A program made the translations under genes and the position numbers. This document shows positions 29,165 to 37,302 of a stretch of DNA of 64,000 nucleotides, in pieces. The stretch lies in contig CAWIXE010000002.1 of NCBI GenBank assembly GCA_963840035.1, positions 416,001-480,000 of the forward strand, in the 5' to 3' direction. The stretch comes from a candidate division FCPU426 bacterium (GTDB taxonomy: Bacteria; Oederibacteriota; PGYV01; Palsa-1178). The notes below the pieces were generated by a model. That model worked only from the letters and a program-made list of their open reading frames with translations. It did no database searches and was not told the DNA's origin. Every line of letters starts with the position of its first letter. Within the stretch, counting starts at the first letter, position 1.

Positions 29165-29315
29165 TGTGCGTGGAAAGAACGTGCGGAAATGTTTGAAAAC
29201 GTGCGGGGAAGGTACGTGCGGTAAAACGCTCGCAGTTAAGCACCACCGCACGCAGTTAAGATTTACCGCACGTATTTAAGAGCCATCGCACGCAGTTAAG
29301 AACCACCGCACGTAT
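29165..29315. repeat. Inverted pair of tandem arrays: CGTGCGG-core units followed by four 20-bp CCGCACG-core units
   Basis: Right arm units start at 29231, 29251, 29271 and 29291 (CGCAGTTAAGNNNNACCGCA). Confidence 0.85.
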
Positions 29316-29334
29316 CACGTTTCATGGAGGAATC

Positions 29335-30348
29335 ATGTTAAAGAAATTCATAAAAAAAGTAACAGAGCGCGAAAACCTCACATATGATGAAATGAGCCAG
29401 GCTATGGAGATAATAACCACAGGCCAGTCCACTGACGCTCAGATAGCCGCGCTTTTGATAGGCCTTAAGATGAAAGGCGAAACAGTCGAGGAAATAACAG
29501 GCGCGGCCATGGTCATGAGGGAAAAAGCGCATTATGTGGAAATTGACGAGGATGTCATACTTGATACATGCGGCACCGGCGGCGACGGATATGGCACCAT
29601 AAATATTTCAACGGCTGTGTCCATAATCGCGGCAGCGGCTGATGTGGCCGTAGCAAAGCACGGCAACAGGTCAGTGACTTCGGAATGCGGAAGCGCGGAC
29701 GTGCTTAAAGCGCTGGGAGTAAATACCGAGATATCACACGATAAAATTAAAAAATGTATTGAGACAATTCATATCGGATTTTTCTTCGCGCCGGCATGCC
29801 ATGTAGCCATGAAATATGCCATGGGCGTGAGGAAGGAAGTGGGCGTAAGGACAATATTCAACCTGCTGGGCCCGATAATAAACCCGGCAAGGCACAAGCA
29901 CCACTTAATGGGCGTGTTTAATGAAACGCTTACTGAGAAAATTGCGGGTGTTTTGAAGAACATGGGTCATGTGCATTCGGCGGTAGTATGCGGGCACGGC
30001 AACATGGACGAGATAACCCTTTCAGGGCCGACAAAAGTGTCGGAACTTAAAAATGGCGAGATAAAGACATATTACATAAAGCCTTCGGATTTTGGCTTAA
30101 AAGAGGCTCCCATGGAAGCTGTCAGGGGAGGCAATCCTGAAAAGAACGCGCAGATACTCCGGGAAATATTTTCCGGCAAGGAAAGAGGGCCGTACAGGGA
30201 TGTTATATTATTAAACAGCGGTTTTGCGATTTACATCGCGGACAAGGTGGCAACACCTCAGGAAGGCGTGGAACTGGCCGCGAGAATAATTGACAACGGG
30301 GAAGCGGGGAAGAAACTGCAGGAGTTTGTGGAGTGTACGAATAAATAA
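29335..30348 (+). CDS. trpD: Anthranilate phosphoribosyltransferase
   Basis: DTCGTGGDG, NIST, KHGNRS, RTIFNLLGP. Confidence 0.96.
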   Translation: MLKKFIKKVTERENLTYDEMSQAMEIITTGQSTDAQIAALLIGLKMKGETVEEITGAAMVMREKAHYVEIDEDVILDTCGTGGDGYGTINISTAVSIIAAAADVAVAKHGNRSVTSECGSADVLKALGVNTEISHDKIKKCIETIHIGFFFAPACHVAMKYAMGVRKEVGVRTIFNLLGPIINPARHKHHLMGVFNETLTEKIAGVLKNMGHVHSAVVCGHGNMDEITLSGPTKVSELKNGEIKTYYIKPSDFGLKEAPMEAVRGGNPEKNAQILREIFSGKERGPYRDVILLNSGFAIYIADKVATPQEGVELAARIIDNGEAGKKLQEFVECTNK

Positions 30349-30457
30349 AGTGGTACGTGATAAGTGGTGAGTGGTATGTGGTAGTTTGTAGGCGGGTATT
30401 TCACATACCACGTAGCACATATCACGTAACACTTATAAAAACAGGGGGTCATATTAA

Positions 30458-31252
30458 ATGAGCATACTGAAAAGGATTATAAAGGCAAAAAAGGCGGAAG
30501 TGAAGCTTAAAAAGGAAAAGATGCCGCTGGTTAAGCTTTTGAATGACATTATGAAGGCTCCGGCGAACAGGAATTTCAGGGACGTTTTTGAAAATAATGA
30601 CTTCTCGATAATCGCCGAGATAAAAAAGAAATCACCGTCAAAAGGCACTATCAAGGCCAATATCAGCGTGAAGAAGATAGTTGAGAACTATGAAAAATCG
30701 GGGGCCAGGGCAATCTCAGTCGTTACGGACAAGAAGTTTTTTGACGGCAGGCTCGAGTACATAGAAGAAGCAAAGAAGTATTCATCGCTGCCCATACTCA
30801 GGAAAGACTTCATTATTGACGAATATCAGATATATGAGTCACGCTGGGCAAAGGCGGACGCGATACTTTTAATCGCGGCGGCGCTGGAAAAAAAGGTGGT
30901 AACCCAGTTTGTTAAAAAGGCGCGCTTCCTGAACATGACCCCGGTTGTGGAAGTCCACTCCAGGGAAGATATGAAAAAAGCTCTTTCCTCAGGCACCGAC
31001 ATAATAGGCATCAATACACGCGATCTGAAAACATTCAAAATAAACTTCGGGATCATCAAGAACCTCATCAAAATGGTGCCCAAGGAAAAATACGTGATAA
31101 TCGAAAGCGGCATGAATGAGATGGAGGACCTGGAGAAGATAGGGCTGGACAGCAGGATAAAAGGCATGCTCATAGGCACCATGTTCATGAAGATGCCGGA
31201 GAAGAACGTAAAAGACGCCATCCGCACTATCGTTGGTAAAATGGGTAACTAA
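30458..31252 (+). CDS. trpC: Indole-3-glycerol phosphate synthase
   Basis: IAEIKKKSPSKG, LRKDFIID.YQI, VEVH, GIN.RDL. Confidence 0.95.
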   Translation: MSILKRIIKAKKAEVKLKKEKMPLVKLLNDIMKAPANRNFRDVFENNDFSIIAEIKKKSPSKGTIKANISVKKIVENYEKSGARAISVVTDKKFFDGRLEYIEEAKKYSSLPILRKDFIIDEYQIYESRWAKADAILLIAAALEKKVVTQFVKKARFLNMTPVVEVHSREDMKKALSSGTDIIGINTRDLKTFKINFGIIKNLIKMVPKEKYVIIESGMNEMEDLEKIGLDSRIKGMLIGTMFMKMPEKNVKDAIRTIVGKMGN

Positions 31253-31256
31253 GCAC

Positions 31257-31880
31257 ATGACCAGGGTAAAAATATGCGGCCTGACAAACATTAAGGACGC
31301 ATTACTGGCGCAGAAACTCGGGGCTAATGTCGCGGGTTTTATCTTCGCGGATAGCCCGAGGAAGATAACCCCGGCGCGCGCGAAATCTGTCATCGCAAAG
31401 TTAAAACCGTCCGTGCATAAGGCGGGCGTATTTGTAAATGAACCGATAACCGGCTTAAACAGGGTTATCAAAGACTTAAGACTTAACTTTGTCCAGCTTT
31501 CCGGGGATGAAACCCCGGCTTATATCAGGAAGATAAAAGGCGCCATGGTTATAAAAGCCATCCGCGTAAAATCAGCCGCATACTTGAAAAGCCAGGTAAA
31601 AAAATACGCCAAAACCGCCGATGCTTTTCTTTTTGATACCTACAGCGGAAAGTTGCGCGGCGGAAGCGGCAAGGCATTTGACTTAAAGATGCTTAAAGGG
31701 ATGAAGATTAACAAGCCGTTCTTTATAGCCGGCGGCCTGAATCCTGAGAACGTATGCAAAGCCATAAAAACCGTAAGGCCGTATGGTGTGGATGTGTCGT
31801 CAGGCGTTGAAAAAAGCAAAGGTTTAAAAAGCCCGGCGAAGATGAGAAGGTTTTTTAAACAAGTAAGAAAGGCAAATTAA
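31257..31880 (+). CDS. trpF: Phosphoribosylanthranilate isomerase
   Basis: VKICGLT, GVFVN, GGSG..FD, AGGLNPENV, DVSSGVE. Confidence 0.95.
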   Translation: MTRVKICGLTNIKDALLAQKLGANVAGFIFADSPRKITPARAKSVIAKLKPSVHKAGVFVNEPITGLNRVIKDLRLNFVQLSGDETPAYIRKIKGAMVIKAIRVKSAAYLKSQVKKYAKTADAFLFDTYSGKLRGGSGKAFDLKMLKGMKINKPFFIAGGLNPENVCKAIKTVRPYGVDVSSGVEKSKGLKSPAKMRRFFKQVRKAN

Positions 31881-31965
31881 AACTGAAAGCTGAAAATTGA
31901 AAGTGGAAACGATACGGCCAAGCTTTCAGTTTTAAACTTTAAGTTTTAAGTTAAAGGAGTTTTAT

Positions 31966-33141
31966 ATGAAGGTCCCAAACAAAAAAGGTTTTTTCGGAGA
32001 GTATGGAGGTAGGTTCGCGCCGGAGACGCTTATGGCTGTTATTGAAGAACTTGAGCTTCAGTACAGGCGCGCCATGAAGGATAAGAAATTTACTTCCGAA
32101 CTTGACTATTACCTGGAAAATTATGTGGGCAGGCCTTCGCCCCTTTACCTGGCATCAAAACTTTCTGAAAAATACGGCGCTAAAATCTACCTTAAAAGGG
32201 AAGATTTAAACCATACGGGCGCGCACAAAATAAATAACTGCATGGGGCAGATACTTTTGGCCCGCAGGATGGGCAAGAAGAGGATAATAGCGGAAACAGG
32301 CGCGGGCCAGCACGGCGTGGCCACTGCCACGGTTGCCGCGATGTTCGGGCTGGAATGCGAAATATTTATGGGAGAGATAGACGTGGCGCGGCAGGCGCAG
32401 AATGTTTTCCGCATGGAACTGCTCGGCGCGAAGGTGAACTCTGTTAAGTCAGGGACAAAGACCTTAAAAGACGCCATGAACGAAGCGACGCGCGACTGGA
32501 TAAAAAACGTTGATGATACATTTTATATAATAGGCACTGTTTCAGGATTTCATCCATACCCGGAAATGGTCAGGAATTTTCAGTCAGTTATCGGCCGGGA
32601 GGCAAAAAGGCAGATCATGAAGGCGGAAAAAAGGCTTCCTGATTACCTGGTGGCATGCGTGGGCGGCGGCTCGAATGCCATGGGGCTTTTTTACCCGTTC
32701 CTGAACGATAAGAAGGTTAAAATGATCGGCGTGGAAGCAGGCGGGCTAGGAACAAATACAAAGAAACACGCGGCGAGATTTGAAGGCGGCAGGATAGGCG
32801 TCCTGCACGGCACAAAAACATACATACTTCAGGATAAGAACGGCCAGATAATGGACACCCATTCCATATCAGCCGGCCTTGATTACTCAGGCGTCGGGCC
32901 TGAGCACAGCTATTTGCACGACCTGGGACGCGTCACTTACGGTTCCATAAAGGACGACGAAGCAGTGGCTGGATTCATGGAGCTGACCAGGTTAGAAGGC
33001 ATCATGCCGGCGCTTGAGTCATCCCACGCGGTAGCGTACTTAAAAAAGATGAAACTGAAGAAAAGCGACATTGTTATAGTGAACCTCTCGGGACGAGGGG
33101 ATAAGGATATGGGAACTATAAGGGAGTATTTAAAGAAATAG
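31966..33141 (+). CDS. trpB: Tryptophan synthase beta chain
   Basis: [39 protein letters not shown]. Confidence 0.97.
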   Translation: MKVPNKKGFFGEYGGRFAPETLMAVIEELELQYRRAMKDKKFTSELDYYLENYVGRPSPLYLASKLSEKYGAKIYLKREDLNHTGAHKINNCMGQILLARRMGKKRIIAETGAGQHGVATATVAAMFGLECEIFMGEIDVARQAQNVFRMELLGAKVNSVKSGTKTLKDAMNEATRDWIKNVDDTFYIIGTVSGFHPYPEMVRNFQSVIGREAKRQIMKAEKRLPDYLVACVGGGSNAMGLFYPFLNDKKVKMIGVEAGGLGTNTKKHAARFEGGRIGVLHGTKTYILQDKNGQIMDTHSISAGLDYSGVGPEHSYLHDLGRVTYGSIKDDEAVAGFMELTRLEGIMPALESSHAVAYLKKMKLKKSDIVIVNLSGRGDKDMGTIREYLKK

Positions 33142-33217
33142 CGATAAGTGTATGATTTTGCATAAATAATGTATTTATAGAAAACTATTTTTTTAAAACC
33201 ATTAAATTGGAGGCAGA

Positions 33218-33736
33218 ATGAAAAAAATAGTTTTTGCCGCATTTATGTTTTGTGTTTTTTGCGGTTGCAGGCTAAGTGAAAATAGGACAATTGAAAAACA
33301 AATGCAGGCAGATTTCAAAGGCTTTAGGGCTGTTTCTTGGATTGAATATAATAAATATTGCGGCGATAGTAAAAAGCCCGGTATTGTTTCTGCGGATTTT
33401 AATGGGGACGGCATCAAGGATTTTGCGATCCTTATAAAGAAAGAAACCGGCCTGGAAGTAGAGAAAATCTATGTGGCATATTTTGGGAATGGGAAAGGAT
33501 TAAATAAACCGGTTGTTTTGGAAAAGTTAAATACAAAAAAGTTCCAAAATGAGGTTCAATTCATAGCCCTTTTAAAGCCCGGAAATTACAAGATAATTGA
33601 AGGCAATGTCAGGAATAGGGTGCCGGTTGAAATTCCATATTACGGCATTCGCGGCGGGACGTGTGAAAGCGCTTCATGGATATGGTACTGGAATAGTAAG
33701 AAAGCAAAATTTATGAAAGTGTGGACGTCGGATTAG
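33218..33736 (+). CDS. Orphan lipoprotein with FG-GAP-like Ca-binding motif, between trpB and trpA
   Basis: GGAGG RBS, lipobox-like FCGC, ADFNGDGIKDFA. Confidence 0.7.
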   Translation: MKKIVFAAFMFCVFCGCRLSENRTIEKQMQADFKGFRAVSWIEYNKYCGDSKKPGIVSADFNGDGIKDFAILIKKETGLEVEKIYVAYFGNGKGLNKPVVLEKLNTKKFQNEVQFIALLKPGNYKIIEGNVRNRVPVEIPYYGIRGGTCESASWIWYWNSKKAKFMKVWTSD

Positions 33737-33850
33737 ATTTCGTAGAAAAGGGTTTAAGCGTCTTCCAGCAAGGCGAGAAAAGGTTGGAGTGGTTTGGAAG
33801 TTCACATACCACATATCACGCACCACTTAGCACGATTTTAAAGGAGCACC

Positions 33851-34630
33851 ATGAACCGTATAGACATGCTAGCTCACAGTAAGGGAAAGTCGCTGGTCAT
33901 TTACCTCATGGCCGGGGATCCGGACCTTAAGGCCACGGAAGCTCTTATTTATACCCTGGCAAAGGAAGGGGTTTCGCTTATAGAGATTGGGATTCCGTTT
34001 TCTGACCCTGTAGCTGACGGGCCTTCAATTCAGGCCGCGGGCGAGAGGGCCATCAAAACAGGGACCACCATTAAAAATACCCTTGAAATGATAAAAAGGG
34101 TGAGGAAAACCGTATCCATACCCATGGTTTTCATGACCTATTACAACCTCATATACAGCTACGGCATTAAAAAGTTCGTTGATGACTCATTAAAGGCCGG
34201 TGTTGACGGAGCCATTATACCTGACCTGCCATTTGATGAGGAGGCGGATTTCTATAATTACTCATTAAATAAAGGGTTTTATCTGATTTACCTGGTGTCC
34301 CCGGCAAATACCGCGGAGAGGATGAAAAAAATAGTAGAAAAATCCCGTGGTTTTGTGTATTATATTCTTCTGAAAGGCGTCACGGGCGCGCGCAAGAAGC
34401 AGGTTTCTGACCTTGGGGCGTTAAAAAGCCTTAAGAAAATAACAAAGAAACCGATTTTGGCGGGTTTTGGCATTTCAACGCCCCAACAGGCGGAAAAAGT
34501 ATCGCTCGTTGCGGACGGAGTCATAATAGGAAGCGCGTTTGTTAATTTGGTACAAAAATATGGAAAACACCCTGCACGACTTAAAGTCGAAGCCGGAAAG
34601 TTTGTCAGGGCGTTTAAAAAGAGGTTGTAA
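33851..34630 (+). CDS. trpA: Tryptophan synthase alpha chain
   Basis: EIGIPFSDPVADGP.IQ, PDLP, GVTG, GFGIS, DGVIIGSA. Confidence 0.96.
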   Translation: MNRIDMLAHSKGKSLVIYLMAGDPDLKATEALIYTLAKEGVSLIEIGIPFSDPVADGPSIQAAGERAIKTGTTIKNTLEMIKRVRKTVSIPMVFMTYYNLIYSYGIKKFVDDSLKAGVDGAIIPDLPFDEEADFYNYSLNKGFYLIYLVSPANTAERMKKIVEKSRGFVYYILLKGVTGARKKQVSDLGALKSLKKITKKPILAGFGISTPQQAEKVSLVADGVIIGSAFVNLVQKYGKHPARLKVEAGKFVRAFKKRL

Positions 34631-36366
34631 TGGCCGTGAAAAAGAAAGCCGTTGGAAAAGGCAAAAAAACTCCAAAGGTTACTGCCAAAAAAGCCGTTGT
34701 TAAACCATATCGCGATGTTTTTAAGGAAGATAAGAATGAACTGATGATGTGCAGAAGGAAAATAGAGCTCCTGGAAAAGGAACTTTCCATATTACGCGAA
34801 GTAAGCGAGATAACAAATAAGGACTTTGATTTAAATAAGATACTTGAAAGGTTTTTAGAGGTGGTGATGGGCGTTATCGGCGCCGAGGCGGCGTCGATAC
34901 TTCTGGCAGACGGCATATCAGACACGCTTGAGTTCACGGTGGCGCTCGGGAAAAAGGGCCCGGAACTTAAAGGCATGAAGCTCCGCATTGGCGAAGGCAT
35001 AGCCGGCTGGGTGGCGCAGTGCGGAAAGGCGCTGATTACGCCTGACGTAAAAAATGACCCGAGGTTTAACCCGGAAATATCGAAAAAGATACATTACGCG
35101 ACGCGCAACATACTCTGCGCCCCGCTGAAGTTTGAAAACGAGGTCCTCGGTGTGGTCGAACTCTTAAACAAGAGCAAGGACGAGGCCTTTAACGACCATG
35201 ACCTGCGCATGCTGCAGTCATTTACGCCTTACATAAGCGTCATCATAAAGAACGCGCAGCTGTTCATTGAAAATAAAAAAAGGATACACAGGCTCGAACA
35301 CCTGATGGAGCTTTCAGGCATAGTCAACTCGGTGCTTGACCTGAACACGCTTTTTGAAAAGGTGCTTGAGACATCCACGGATACCATAAACGCCGAAGCC
35401 GGGTCCATCATGATGGTGGACGAGGAAAAAGGCGATCTTTACTTTACCGCGGCCACCGGTACTAAGGCCGAAAAACTTAAGGATATCAGGGTGCCCATAG
35501 GCGAAGGCATAGCCGGCTGGGTTGCCAGGGAAGCAAAGCCGCTTTTAATCGAAGACGCTCAGAATGATTCCCGTTTTTTCAAGAAAGCGGACCAGACGAC
35601 GGAGTTCAAGACAAAGTCAATAATTGCCGTCCCGCTGAAGACTCGGGACAAACTCATCGGTGTTGTGGAAGTGTTGAACAAGAAAAACAACGAGCCTTTT
35701 AACCACGAGGATGTCATCATGCTTGAGGCACTTTCAAATCAGGCCGCGATTGCCATTGAAAACGGTAAATTATATTCCAATTTAAAGGACTTATTCATAA
35801 ATACAGTGCGCTCGCTGGCCGCAACCATAGAAACTAAGGATATGTACACGCGCGGCCACTCGGAGCGCGTGACCATGTTCTCCGAAATGATAGCGGACGA
35901 GCTGGGCTTCTCCGCGGAAGAGATAGAGAAGCTCAACCTGGCAGGACTTTTGCATGACATAGGCAAGATAGGCATAGACGAGTCAATACTCCGCAAACCG
36001 TCGAAACTGACCGATGAGGAGTTTAACGAGATAAGGAAGCACCCGGAATACGCGGCGAACATACTTGATTCCATACCGCAGTTAAAGCACATAATTCCGG
36101 CTGTAAAGCACCATCACGAAAGGTATGACGGGAACGGGTATCCGGACAAGTTAAAAGGCGATGATATACCGTATTTCGCGAGGATACTCGCCATAGCGGA
36201 TACTTTTGACGCCATGAATTCGAGCAGGCCGTACAGGAAGGCCCTGGAATTTGACGTGTGTTTAAACGAAGTTATCAGGTGCGCCGGCACGCAGTTTGAC
36301 CCTGCGATAGTCGCCGCGGCTGTAAAAGCTTTTAATAAATGGCATAATCTGTTCGACCAAAAATAA
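34630..36366 (+). CDS. GAF-GAF-HD-GYP cyclic dinucleotide phosphodiesterase
   Basis: Two GEGIAGWVA GAF domains, HSERV, LHDIGK, HHERYDGNGYP. Confidence 0.92.
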   Translation: MAVKKKAVGKGKKTPKVTAKKAVVKPYRDVFKEDKNELMMCRRKIELLEKELSILREVSEITNKDFDLNKILERFLEVVMGVIGAEAASILLADGISDTLEFTVALGKKGPELKGMKLRIGEGIAGWVAQCGKALITPDVKNDPRFNPEISKKIHYATRNILCAPLKFENEVLGVVELLNKSKDEAFNDHDLRMLQSFTPYISVIIKNAQLFIENKKRIHRLEHLMELSGIVNSVLDLNTLFEKVLETSTDTINAEAGSIMMVDEEKGDLYFTAATGTKAEKLKDIRVPIGEGIAGWVAREAKPLLIEDAQNDSRFFKKADQTTEFKTKSIIAVPLKTRDKLIGVVEVLNKKNNEPFNHEDVIMLEALSNQAAIAIENGKLYSNLKDLFINTVRSLAATIETKDMYTRGHSERVTMFSEMIADELGFSAEEIEKLNLAGLLHDIGKIGIDESILRKPSKLTDEEFNEIRKHPEYAANILDSIPQLKHIIPAVKHHHERYDGNGYPDKLKGDDIPYFARILAIADTFDAMNSSRPYRKALEFDVCLNEVIRCAGTQFDPAIVAAAVKAFNKWHNLFDQK

Positions 36367-36383
36367 AAGGAGAACTAAAAACG

Positions 36384-37256
36384 ATGGCATGGTTCCATAG
36401 ACCGAAATACACGATTATAAAAAAGACGGCGGATAAGGCCGAGTCAGCTAAGATACCCGAGGGAATGTGGGTCAAGTGCGAGAAGTGCGACGCCATACTC
36501 CTTAAAAAAGAGCTTGATGATAACATGAGCGTATGCCCGAAGTGCAATTTCCACGGCAGGATAACGGCAAGGAAAAGGATAGAACTTACGGCTGACGCCG
36601 GTACTTTTGAACCCATGTTTGAAAATGTAAGGTCAGTGGATTTTTTAAAATTCCCGCAGTACATGGAAAAGCTCGCCGGTTCCGAGAAGAAAACAGGCAT
36701 ATCTGAGTCGGTCTTAACGGGCAAGGCGGCCATTAACGGCATGCCGGTCGCGCTCGCTGTGACAGACTTCTTTTTTATGGGCGGATCGCTCGGCTCGGTA
36801 ATGGGCGAGAGGATGACAGCCTTAATAGAAGTGGCAATAAAGGAGAATCTTCCGGTGATTGTTATTTCAGCCTCAGGCGGAGGCGCCAGGATGCACGAAG
36901 GCATCATGTCGCTGATGCAGATGGCAAAGATATCCGCGGGGCTCGCAAAGCTCGCTGACAAAGACCTTCCATATATCTCGGTTTTAACAGACCCGACAGG
37001 CGGAGGCGTTACTGCCTCATTTGCCATGCTCGGCGACCTGAATATTGCCGAACCTGAGGCGTTAATCATGTTCGCCGGCCCCAGGGTAATAGAAGGCACC
37101 ATCAAGCAGAAACTGCCCGCAGGATTCCAGCGGTCGGAATTCCTGCAGGAACACGGCATGATAGACATGATAGTAAACAGGAAGGCGCTCAAAGACACGC
37201 TCTTTGACGTGCTGAGTAATATGAAAAACCCCAAGAACTATGCCGGGAAGAAATAG
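36384..37256 (+). CDS. accD: Acetyl-CoA carboxylase carboxyltransferase beta subunit
   Basis: WVKC..C...C.KC zinc finger, MGGSLG, GARMHEG, FAGPRVI. Confidence 0.96.
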   Translation: MAWFHRPKYTIIKKTADKAESAKIPEGMWVKCEKCDAILLKKELDDNMSVCPKCNFHGRITARKRIELTADAGTFEPMFENVRSVDFLKFPQYMEKLAGSEKKTGISESVLTGKAAINGMPVALAVTDFFFMGGSLGSVMGERMTALIEVAIKENLPVIVISASGGGARMHEGIMSLMQMAKISAGLAKLADKDLPYISVLTDPTGGGVTASFAMLGDLNIAEPEALIMFAGPRVIEGTIKQKLPAGFQRSEFLQEHGMIDMIVNRKALKDTLFDVLSNMKNPKNYAGKK

Positions 37257-37302
37257 AAGGCTGACGAGTTTAAATTTTGAAATAATTGTTTAGGGGTTAA
37301 AT

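Noticed and set aside
34990..35522. Identical 23-nt direct repeat at 34990-35012 and 35500-35522
   Set aside because: It encodes the conserved GEGIAGWV of two tandem GAF domains and is not a mobile-element boundary.
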